Source: Callorhinchus milii | Taxonomy: Eukaryota | Direction of reading: 5' to 3' | Length of the DNA: 64,000 nt | Assembly (NCBI RefSeq): GCF_018977255.1 | Contig: NW_024704743.1 | Location: forward strand, 26,042,001-26,106,000 | Part shown: positions 33,301 through 45,300 of the stretch, in pieces | Layout of the letters: every line of letters starts with the position of its first letter | How positions within the stretch are numbered: position 1 is the first letter of the stretch | Position numbers and translations under genes: made by a program | Notes under the pieces: generated by a model | Seen by the model: only the letters and a program-made list of their open reading frames with translations | Told to the model about the DNA's origin: nothing | Databases searched by the model: none

Positions 33301-36300
33301 AGCACGGCCATTCGCTATCACTTCTAGATTTGCTGGGGATGTTGCCGATGTTACTGAGGCACACTCCACTTGTCATGCACATGAAGTCATCCAGTCAGTG
33401 GTGACTCCTCACAGTCACTCCAGTGGTTGGCTGGAGTTGCTGCTGATATCAAATTAAATGTTGTCTCAGGACTTCTAATATGCTTTTTGTTCATCAAAAG
33501 TCCTGAAACCATCTGCCTGAATCACAGCAGCAAGATTTAATTCTAGGACCCTACCCTGCGTGAGAGGCGCAGTACAAATTGTTGTTGTTAATTGATCTTA
33601 TGTGTCCAATTCCAGTGAACTATTGCACACGAATACATTTTTTTTGTATGTGGGATTTGTCATAAGCACAATAACTTTCAGTCCTTTTTATTTTTTTGCT
33701 TGCAGGCTGATTTCAAACTAATGTGCGATAATGCAATGACTTACAATCGACCCGAAACCGTATACTACAAGGCAGCGAAGAAATTGCTTCACACCGGATT
33801 TAAGATGATGAGTAAAGTAAGATTCATTTTACTTGGGGGCCAATGAGGTGGTGTGTAACAAAATTATTGTCAAGTAGTGATGGGTCACCACAACAGTTTG
33901 TTGCTCGAAGCTGAGGTTTTAGCTTGCCAGTTAAATATTTATTTGATGAGGCCTCCTTATAACAAACTATGAGAGGTACTCAGATTAAGTAATACTGAGA
34001 GAAGAGACAAAAATTACCAACTGGTTCAATCCAATTAATATAGCAATAGTCTTGGATTAGATTTTTCATATTTTCGTTCTTCTCCAACTACCAGTGAAAT
34101 GCACTTATAGTAATTTTGCTGGAGCAAGCAAGAGACGATGTTTGTGTTGAGCTGTCGCTACTGTGAGTGATCCATTCTGTGCATAATTCAGCTATTGCAC
34201 CATCATTTGTATTGCTAGGACTACCAGAAACTACCTTTATAGTGGAAGAGTTTTTGTAATATTCTTGAAATGCATAATTGAAGTAAGTTAACATTTATTG
34301 TTTTTTCTATGCTGTTATGTTTTTGGTTGTAAACATTATATTCAGTAGTGTGTGTTCAATAGTGTGTATTGCTTTTTGTGCAGTTGGGCCCATTTTAATG
34401 TTATTGGAAGTGATTTTCAGCATCCCATTGAATATTTTATTTTTTCCCCATCACCCTTTTGCGATCCTCCATTGTGATTTTGCAGACTGTAGAGTCTTTG
34501 CTGAAATGTGCCGTACACCACATGTAAACATGAGTGATGTACTTCATTGAGCCATGATCACAATGGTCATCTGAAATCACCCTCATTTGCAGGAGTGTCA
34601 GTCATAAAAACACAGGCAACATCAATGACCAGCTACCACTGTGTGCTGTGCATGTGCATGCAGCTCACCCCAGCACCTGGGGAGAAGTAAAAAGCGTGCC
34701 CTTCTGTGTTCTCTGCTTACAGGAGCGCCTGTTAGCTTTGAAGCGCAGCATGACATTCATGCAGGAGATCGATTTTTCTCAGCAGGCAGCACTGTTAGGT
34801 GATGAGGATACAGGACAAGAAGAAACTGTTGCAGAAGTTACTGTGGTGCCCGTTGAAACTACTACCAAGAAATCCAAGAAGCAGAGTAAAGAAGTCATCA
34901 GGTAAATAGAAATTCATTCTTTCCCTTCGTATCAAAGGATTTAAAAATGGAGTGGAATAATGTAATGCAATGTTGATAAGCAGTGACTTCCACATTTTGA
35001 AGATCTCAAAAAGAATCTGCTGTATGAATGAATGCTAAGTGTCCTATTTGCTGAAATGTTGCTGGCTGAATCAGTATTCTCCACTGATTCTCCTCACTGC
35101 TCCACCTCTGCTTCACCTCCACGTGATCTCCTTTCCTGGCTCAGCTCTTCTATTCCGGCATATTCACCTTGTGTTTTCTAGCAATTTCTCCTCTTGCGCC
35201 CGCGCAGCATTACAGGGTTACTCGGGGCTCTATTCTCTGTCTTCCCTTTCATCATCTTATGGTATTATATCTATATGCTTCATCCCTTGGTGATATCATA
35301 CAATACAAAATCACATTTGTATAGCACCTCTCACGTCGGGAGGACGTCTCATGATAATGTAGTCAGGGATTCAGACCTGAGGGAGGGGGGTTTGGGGTAA
35401 AGGAGGATGGAGGGTAGGAGACCTGGATCAGACCGAAGCCTGCTGAGCAGAGTAAGCGGACAGGTTGATATGGGGTTAGCAGGTCACAAAAGTAGGAAGA
35501 AGCAAGACCGTGAAGGGTCGTGAAGGTGAGGATGAGGATTTTGAACTCTATCCTCAGGCGAGGGTGGGTGTAATCGTGTCACGGACCCTGGTGTGGGAGA
35601 GGACATGAGCTGCAGAGTTCTGGATCTGCAGCTTGTGGAGGGAAGAGTTGGGAAGGACTTAAGTGAATCTGGATATCGAGTTTAAAGCTAATCTCTTGCA
35701 TCATTGTAATTTCTGTCTCAGAAAGGCCTATTTTAAGAGAGTATTCTGTTGTGGAATTGAAGGATTTAATGAATAAGAAACGGTAGTATTTGTGACAAAC
35801 AGTAATGACCAAAGATTACTTTTGAATCAGCAGTAACAAACTGAAAGAACTATTCCTGGTGGAATTTCCTGAGAGGGTGTTATAGAGCTTCAAAGCCTCC
35901 AACTTTTGAAGACTTTCAGCACATTTTTGCAGTACTTGAGTTATTTCTTTGAGATCTAGTTAGTGTTAGCAGTTCTGTGCTTGCAGTAGCAAGCAGTGGA
36001 TACAAAAATGTAGTGCCTGATTAATTTCCTGTTAATCAAGCGTTATGATATTTTGTTTTTCAGTTATTTGTATGAGCCAGAAGGGACCGCATGCAGTTCG
36101 ACAGACAGTACAGCGGAGGAACATGTGCTAGCTTTGGTGGAACATGCAGCTGATGAAGCTCGTGATCGGATCAGTAGACACGCGCCTAACAGCAAGGTAG
36201 TTCATGGGCAGTTGGAGAATAACGTGTATAAAATTTATTTGACAACTATTCTCACTTATTTCCAGAGTCCATAAATTAAATTTTTTTGGGGTCAGCTGGA

Positions 36301-39300
36301 TGTCTGACACATGTGGAAACCCATCACCATCCTTAAGAGTATCCATAACAGACTGAGTTCCAAACATGCCGCATGGAAATTCCTGTGTCTGTAGTGGAAT
36401 GTGCACTCATTCTAGACGGATGCTGACCTAATTCCGAGAATATTAGGCTCAGATTGGCAAGAGCCAAGACTTGGGGACTGCTGGAATATGCTTGGGGTAC
36501 TGCTGGAGATTAACCAGCAAAAGCTGCACAAGTTGCCATTGAAAACACTGAAATCTCACTTTAAAACCTACCTCTTCTAGTGCTTCTTTCCCCCACCCCT
36601 TCTTAATCTGTGTCTGATCTTGCTATTGTTAAGTACTCAGAGATGTTCTCCTACATGAAGGGTGCCGAATAAAATCAAGTTGTTGAACTGGTGAATAAAC
36701 CATTCTCATGAAGTGCTTCTGTTGGTGTACCAACAGTATATTTAATACTGAATGACACCAATATCAATAAAACAATATACACTTATACAATATACATAAC
36801 TCCTTTTGTCTCAGGAGGATGTCTCCAGTGCTTAACACAGCTGACTGAGATCCTGAATTGAGGGGCGGAACGTCTGAGGAGGGGGAAGGTGGCTGAAAGG
36901 ACAGTTGAAAATATCGGCCTTAGCAGGTTTTGAATGTGGGGAGGAATGGGGCAAGTCAGAGGCCAGTGTCTGCTGAGCAGAGGGAGTGGCTGGAGCAGTA
37001 GGGTCAAAGAGATAGGATGGATAATGTAGAACTGTGATGCCAAGTTCTCAATAAGAAACATTTTGAGAATTTTAAATGTTTTACCAACAAGCGAGCAAGG
37101 CAATGTACATTAAAGAACAATACAACAACATCTTGCATTTATATAGAACCCTTCAGGTGGGGTAGCATCCTGCAGCGCTTGACAGTGGCGGAGTCTGACC
37201 ACGAGCCAGAAGGAGGGGGGAGGTGACCATAGGCACAATCAAAAAGTAAGGTCTTTAGGTGGGATTTGAAAGTGGGGAGGGAGGGGCCGAGGCGGAGGGA
37301 TTGAGGCAAACAGTTCAAAGCTTCGGGGCATAGCGGCTGAAAGCACAGGCACCGACAGTGGAGTGGAAGGGGCGAGGGATGAACAGGAGGCTGGAGCTGG
37401 CCGAGCAGAGGCAGCGGGTGGTGGAGTAGGGGATAACCAAATCGGATAGGTAGGGAATTGCTATTTGAAAGCGATTTAGAGGATCTTGAAGTTGATCCGT
37501 TCGGTAATTGGGAGCCAGTGCAGCCTGGCAAGGACTAGTGTGATGGGGGTACAGAGTTTTGTGCAGGTTACTATCTGGAGTTCTAAATTAATTGAATTTT
37601 GTGTATTGTGTATGGTTCACAGTTATAATATATATAACTTACCTTAAATACCACAAGTGTGCACAGACATTCTGGCCTGAGATCATAACTAGTTGCTGTT
37701 ATGAAAGTGCTCATTTTATTCTCTACAGCAAACACAGAACTGTGATAATTCCAGATGTACAAGTACAATGCAACTTTTCATTTTGTTCTAATGTGCAATT
37801 TCTATTCTATTCAGATTGGCTACCTTAAAAAGGAAGGAGATGGTGCTCTGCTGTTTGCTGTTGTAAACCAATCTGATCCAGACACTGAAGGCAGGTTACA
37901 TTCCGTGCTTGGTTACAGAATTGTTTCTGAAATATTCTAACCTCCTTCAATCATTTTTTATGTTTGGAAAAGTGGGAAAAAAACGTAGAATTATTTCGTC
38001 TTAGTGGTGATCTGCCCGATTGTCCATAATTGGCAAAGTGCCAAAGTATCCATTATTTTAATTCATTATCCAGAAATGCATTGAACAAGCAATGTTTTGA
38101 ACTTTCTGTTGACATTTATAATTTTTTNGAAAAGTTTATTGTTACAGTAGGAATATGTAATATGCTTTGTTGCTTTGTGTATGGACTGAATATGCTTAAC
38201 TTTACATGGCTGCATCGAATAGCTGTGCAAATTGATCACATCAAAAGAATGCATGTTCACAATTCAATGCTGGTGGTTGCAGAGGAAGAGATCCACCAAG
38301 TGGATCTGAGTTCCCTTACAACTAAGCTTCAACCAGGCATTAATACCATGGGATTTAAAGATGACCGGAGAAACAAAGCGTTATCAGGTAAGACTTGTCA
38401 ATCTTTACCGACTCACGATTTTGAGTGTTGTTTAAAAGGACTGATGAGATATTGATGAGTGTTTCGAAAAATTCATACTATATTTTGTATAACAGTGGCT
38501 CAGCATTTGGGTAGTCTCTAAATATGCCTGGTGTCACTTGCATTCCTTCGTAACTGCTTTCCTATTGCACAGTACTTTTGTACAAGAACACGTATATTAT
38601 TGGTACGATACAGCTAAAACTCGTTTGCTGAAGCAGGCAGAGGCAGCAAGCCGACATCTAGTGTTATCCCAGCAGCTGGAACTAGGAAGTGGCATCAGGG
38701 AGTGGTAGCCATATTTATAGTGCTCCATTGTTACACAAGATCTAATTTTATGGACCCAATTCATCATGTTATATAACAGGGTCGGTCTTCAATAATTAAG
38801 AGTCAATCGCTTTGTGTGTCAGCAAGGCTTATTTAGTAAGTAGTGATCGGGTCAAAGATTGTGGGCTGAAACCCAATATCGGGACTTCAGATCATAATCC
38901 AATACTGAGGGCCAGTCACTGCGAGCGGGGTTCTTTTTTCTCAGCTCCTGTTAACTCTAAACCAAAGCTCTAAGGGCTAGGGTAGTACCAGCTGGATAAA
39001 AAGTGGGAAGCTTGCCAGATAGTGCTCTCAAATGGCAAACTGGTTTTAGCTGGTTAAACTCCAGCAGTACCCCAATGCACACTCAGTAGTCCCCAAACCC
39101 TGACTGTTGCCAACCTGGCCCAATACTGTCTGATATTAGGTAAGCAGGATGCTTCTCTGTGGGGAGCTGCATTCATTTCCAGACATAGAGAAATTTCCAT
39201 GTGTACGTCGAATGCTGTCTAGTTTGTGAAACCTTGTATATAAAATGGCTGTCGCATTTCCCTACAACGGGCAATAAACTTGATAATAGTTACTATAACG

Positions 39301-42300
39301 TGCTTTGAGACATTTTGACGTAATAAGGCATATACAAATGCAAGTTCTTTCAGTTAATGTGATCCGCATTTTAATTTAAGAATCCAAAGACAATTTTGGA
39401 TTTATCATAAAATAGTCATGTTAATTATGTGTGTGACAACATGCATAAGACTAGTAAACTCACCATCGATTTTTCACCTTTGAATATACAGTAACATACC
39501 TTGAGTTAAAAGCATTTTGGATGCTTTGCTTTACCCTCTGCAGTTACCTACTTGAACTGTGTGTATACAGCACAGTCCATACAAAACAACACCGTCTTTC
39601 CCAACCTTACTCCAGAGGAAACAGAGCTATTGTATTCTACATATGGAGAAGAGACTGGGGTACAGTGCGCCTTAAGGTAATTCTGTTAATTGATATAATG
39701 TAGGAAATGTACAGGGTGTGTTCATTTTGTATTACAGCAAAAAATAATCCTTCCAGCTTCTTGGATACAAATGGAGTATTAACATATAATGATACAGAAG
39801 TACATACATTCTACAAAATGATTTCTCCATAAATAAATATTGATGTAATGTGCTTTAATGTTGCCATGGTTTATATATGAAACAATCATCAATATATTAC
39901 TTTTCATCAGGCAATGTGAATTTTATATTTCAGAGCAAAATCATTTTTCATTTACATCTATTGGCATTAATCTTGTGGGCACAAAAAAGACTGCTATTCT
40001 TTGTGGTGTGCATTATTTTTAATAAAATGTGTAGTGTTGGCAAATATTAAAATCATCCATCTAAAATGACCGGAATGATTTCAGTTAGTTTCAAAGAATA
40101 ATACAGAACACAAAGAATAACAGTGTTCTGTTATCCGTCAAAATATATTTCTACCTTGAAACAGCTTAATGGTTTCATTCCCATGGTTGTGGAGTCCTGT
40201 AGCTCAGTGGTTAAAGCACTCGCCTCGCAAGTGAGAAACTTGGGTTTGACGCCCGGCAGGGCGAAACATTGGGCAAGTTTCCTTACTCCACACGCCTGAT
40301 AATCCTCAAAAAAATAATAATTTGGTCACTTCAATCTGCGACTGTTTGTGGGACACTGCTGTGCACAATTGGCTGTCATGTTTCGCCCAGAAATATACAG
40401 TCAATTCACTTTACTGTATATTCTGTGAAGCAGCTTGAGACGCCTGGAAGATGTGAAAAAGCGCTGTATCAAATGCAAGAATTATTATTCCTAATGTATT
40501 AAGGCCCATTTAAATTAATGGCTCCAAAATCAGTCAATTCACTACAGTATATTCTGTGAAGCGCTTGGAGAGTCTAGAAGAAGTGATAAGGCACTGTATC
40601 AAATGCAAAGATTATTATTGTTATGGAGATACGCAGTTGATTCCAAAAGAAAAATATAAATTATGGCTTGTACCATACACCTCGTACTGATTCGTAAATC
40701 CATCAAACAGTTGAGATGCCACATGACAGCAAAAGTTACACGTTTTGTTTTCCTCACGCTGTAGGATTGTAATAAAATAATTTATTTTCAATTGATTTAT
40801 ATCAAATTGTAAGTAAAACTCATAAGTTGTATCAGTTGGGACTATAACATTCAATATGACGTACGTCATTTCCCGTGATTCAAAGCAAACGTTAAATGCA
40901 GAAGCAATGTGGGATAGGGGAGAAGTGTTACTAGTTAGGAAGTGATTTATACAAGTAGTGCAAAGAAATCTTAAGTGGTTTAGATAGGAAACTAAATGGG
41001 ATTCGGTTGAATATATGACTGAGGCGATTATATGACTTATAAAACATAAGACTTATGCTAATGTTATTGTATAAGATTTAAAAATGTTAAGTCTAAGCCA
41101 GGGATTAAAAGGTAAATTTAAAATGTAAATGTGCATTTTCTTTACAGTTTACAAGAGTTTGTTAAAGACTGTGGAGGCTCCACAAAGAAAATGGTAGACG
41201 ACTTGTTGAATCAGATGACAGGTGGTGAACATTGCAAAGCAGTCTATCATTTGGCACAGGTATGTGTGGTTTGGTTGATTTATAATAAAGATTTATACAA
41301 CTATTGTCATCAATAACATCCTGCAACCTAGGGTATTCTTGAAGTGTTTATATAGATTGTCCTGGCCGCCAAGTAGAGAGGGTGTCTAAGCCATTTTGTC
41401 TATGTCATTTTGGATGCGCTGGAACTTGTGGTTGGTGGAGATGGGGAGGCTGACAAGGAAGATATTAGAGAAATCCAGTCTTGAGATAATTAAGGCTGGG
41501 ATAAGAGTTTCGTCCACGTCACCACTAATATGGGAGGAGATTCCCCAGCAAAGATCTCTGCCTTTAGAAGAGGCAAAATAGAGAGAAAAAAGCATGGCAG
41601 AAAAAAATGTAGTCACATCCTGTTAAAATGCAGCAGTTTGAGTCCATTAAAAATAGAGATCATGTTGTGTTTTGAACCCACATTGCCAGAAGGTCGCCAT
41701 TTCTGGGTTGTCGAGTGCTGTCACTAAACTACTGCATGCAGGAAACCAGCTGGACAGTGGTGACTGCTCTTACAAGCATTTCCATCGGTTGCTAGCTTAA
41801 TGATGGTGCTGGCAGGCTCTTCTGTGCCGGCCGGCATGCTTTGCATGGGAAACGGTGACTCTGCATAAGTGTATCACCCTCCTACCCCCGCTTCCATTAC
41901 ACTGTGGGTACACCATGGGCCTGCATTATCTATGTAACCATGGTAAACTGAAACATGGCGTAACTACATCCAACTGGACATTTTTCATGATATTAGTTCA
42001 GGTTATATTTTATTATAAGCCTGTTTTCTTTTGGGGAATAAAGAAAAATGTACAATTCATTAGTGTGTCAAATGTTGGTTTCTAAGTTTTAATAATCATA
42101 GTTTCAGTACAATTCTGGAATCCTTAAAGAGACTTGATTATCTCAGTACAAGCTAATTTTATTTCTTTAATAACTCCAGAGTTTTAAACACATTGGTGTT
42201 CAGTTGTTGATAGAAATCCACTCTTCATTTCACTGTGTTGAATGTAAATATCTGCCAGTTACTCTTAGTAACCGTCTTGCTCCAAGTGCATGTAATTTTT

Positions 42301-45300
42301 TAAAATTAAAATGGAATAATATACACTTGAGTACCTTTGAAATGTATTGAGTTTGAGATGTGAACTGTTAAAGCTACAATGTTTTGAGATTCATTAGGAA
42401 ATGTTCTAATATTTGCACTTATTTTTCTCAGAAAAGAAATATTGAACAGAAAGCAAGTAAAGACATCAAATTGAGTCTCGACGAAGTGCAGGTGAGGCCT
42501 GCCAAATGAATATTGCACAATATTGTGGTTCTACTTCCCTCTTTCTCTGCATCTTCCATTATATTTCTATCTCCCTAACTCCAGCCTCTTTGGCCTCCAG
42601 TTCGACTGTTCGGTCCCTTGGGACAAAGTGAAAGGTGCTATGTAAATGTAACTTGTTGTTATTGAAGATGGTATTAAGGATACATGTATGAACACTATTC
42701 ACAAATTCGTGGTCCAGATAACACTTCACAAGATATACTGCCACGAGTATGACTCTTTTTTTGTAGGTAAACAACATCTTTACAAATAAGAGTTCAAATC
42801 TTTTCAAACTGAGGTTTTTTTTTGCACTTTATTTATAACTCAGCCACTGAAATACTGGACCCAGATAAGCATGCTATAAACTACGTTGCCCTGTACTATG
42901 AAACAGTCAACAACAACAACAAATTACATTTGTTTAGCACCTTTCATGTCAGGAGGACGTCCCAGGGTGCTGGACAGTCAGGGATCTGCACCCGAGCTAG
43001 TGGTTGGGATCAGGAGAGGTGGAAGGTGGGGGAGGGGTAGGAGGGTGATCGATGGTGCGGTCAAAGAGGAGGGTCTTGAGACAGGTCTTGAAGGAGGCAA
43101 GCGAGAGGGCGAGGCAGAGGGACTGTGGAATGGAGTTCCAGAGGGTGGAGACAGAGGCTGAAGCCCGCCCGCCAATGAAGGGGCGTGCAAGGCAGGGGAG
43201 GTGACGCAGACCGGAGCCCGCTGAGCTGAGGGAGCGATTAGGTTGGTAGGGGTTTAGGAGGCCACAGAGGTGATTACAGTCACCAGCCATTCCATAGACT
43301 AATACGTGCTCTGCTTCAGCATGAACTCAAAGTTAAGGTAACATCGCACAACCAAATAAATGATAGGAAAGCACGTTATTTTTGTGGTTAGTATCCTCAG
43401 GGTTTGAATCAAGCTCAGAATAAGGTCATCTCTCTTGACTGTAAGCGTGCTAAGTGAAATGAAAAAGTGCGTAAAACTACTTGTACTTTAGCACAAATTG
43501 GCGGTCTCAACCAGACTGCAAGAATTAATCTTGTGAAAAATAGAAATTTCATATTGTGTTCAGTAATGGATTCCTACTTGAAGCGGCAAAAGGCAGAGTA
43601 ATGCCACTATCCTGCATGTGGCTGTAATATAAGATGAGAGACTTATATTGGCGGCTGTTTCAAAATTCTGAAAATTAAAACTATTTGGGCTGAGCTTGCA
43701 ACTATGTTTACATCCTACAGTTGTAATACACAACACATTTGTCCTGAAGGTTCAAACTGAATAACATTTGGTTTCTTTGCAGATCCCAGCAGTCTTCATA
43801 AAAGAAGAACCTAAAATGCAGCCCACTTGTCCTGAAACGTCTAAACCAATCGTGGTGAGAGGCTTTGAATGCTCATGAATAATCTTCTATTTGGTGTAGT
43901 GCCTTTCACTTTGGGAGAACGTCTCAAAGCGCTTTACAGGATATTTCTGTGCAGGGGAGTGACTTTTTTGGGGGGGCATAGGCAGCAACCAATTTGCACA
44001 CAGAAATGTCCCACAAACAGCCATGAATTGAATGAACATTTAATTGGGCACGTGTCGGCCAGGACACTTGAGAGAAACACCTTTCTCTTTTCGAGTAGTG
44101 CCATGGAATCTTTAACATCTACCTGAACAGGCAGACAGTATTTTGGTTTGACGTCTCATCTGAAGGACAGCACATCCAACAATACATCACACCACTAGCA
44201 CTGAATTAGAGTGTCATCCTACACTGTATAAGTTCCAAGTCCTGATGTGAAAATTATTCTGTAAAAGCAATGCCCAAACCCAGTGTTTTAGATGAGGTCA
44301 TGTTTAGCCCCAGAATGATGTTCTTTGTATTGCACTGAATGGCCAGACAATTACTTTCTGGAAACTACTGTAACTTATCTTATTTTGTGGTAAATGGGAG
44401 CAGGGATTCTTTCCACTTGGCTCCTGTTAACCCTGAAAACCAATGTCTTATTAAGTATGGTGGTTCTGCTTGGCAAACTATGTGGTTTTAGCTGGTTAAA
44501 CTACACTAGTGCCCCAACACACATTCTGCAATTCCCTAGCCTTGGCTTTTCCAACCTGTGCCTAATAATTTACAGTATTAATTAAGCATCCTTTTAGGTA
44601 GAGAGTGTGCAATATATTCCAGACACACCGACAATATGTGGAACTCTTATCTGACTACGCCAACTACCTGCTCGCTGGACTTCACAACTCTTCGTATCAT
44701 AATTATTCAGAACTCTGTAGCTCGTGTCCTCTCCCGCACCAGGCTCTGCAAACCATCACCCCCATCCTTGCCTGGCTTCACTGGCCTCCCATCCCTCAGA
44801 GAATCAAGTTCAAAACCCTCATTCTCACCATCAAAGCCCTCCATGGTCTTGTTCCCCTCTACTTCTGTGACCTCCTGAACCCATATCACCCTTTCCACTC
44901 CCTCTGCTTGGCGGACACCGGCCTGCTTCAGGTCCCCTGAACTTCCTGCCCCACCATTGGTGGTTGGGTATCAGCATCTCTGCCCCCACACTCTGCAACT
45001 CTATCCCAAAATCCCTCCGCCTCACTCCCTCTCTTTCCTCCTTCAAGTCCCTTCTAAAGTCCTTCCTCTTTGACCATGTCTTTGACCACCCCCATGACCC
45101 CTACTGACCCCAACTCCCAGCTCAGGTCGAAAACCCCTGATTGTCCAGCGCCCTGAACGTCTTTACGATGTGAAGGGCGCTATACAGGTACAGGTGTTGT
45201 TTGGATACTCATAACTATGGTGATGTACCCATTTGTGAAACACCTAGCTGGCCCAAAGAAAACTACTAATTTAACTACGCGATAAATTCTGTTTTTTTGT

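Noticed and set aside
38128..38128. Single ambiguous base (n)
   Set aside because: It is an assembly ambiguity after a T run in an intron and has no biological meaning.
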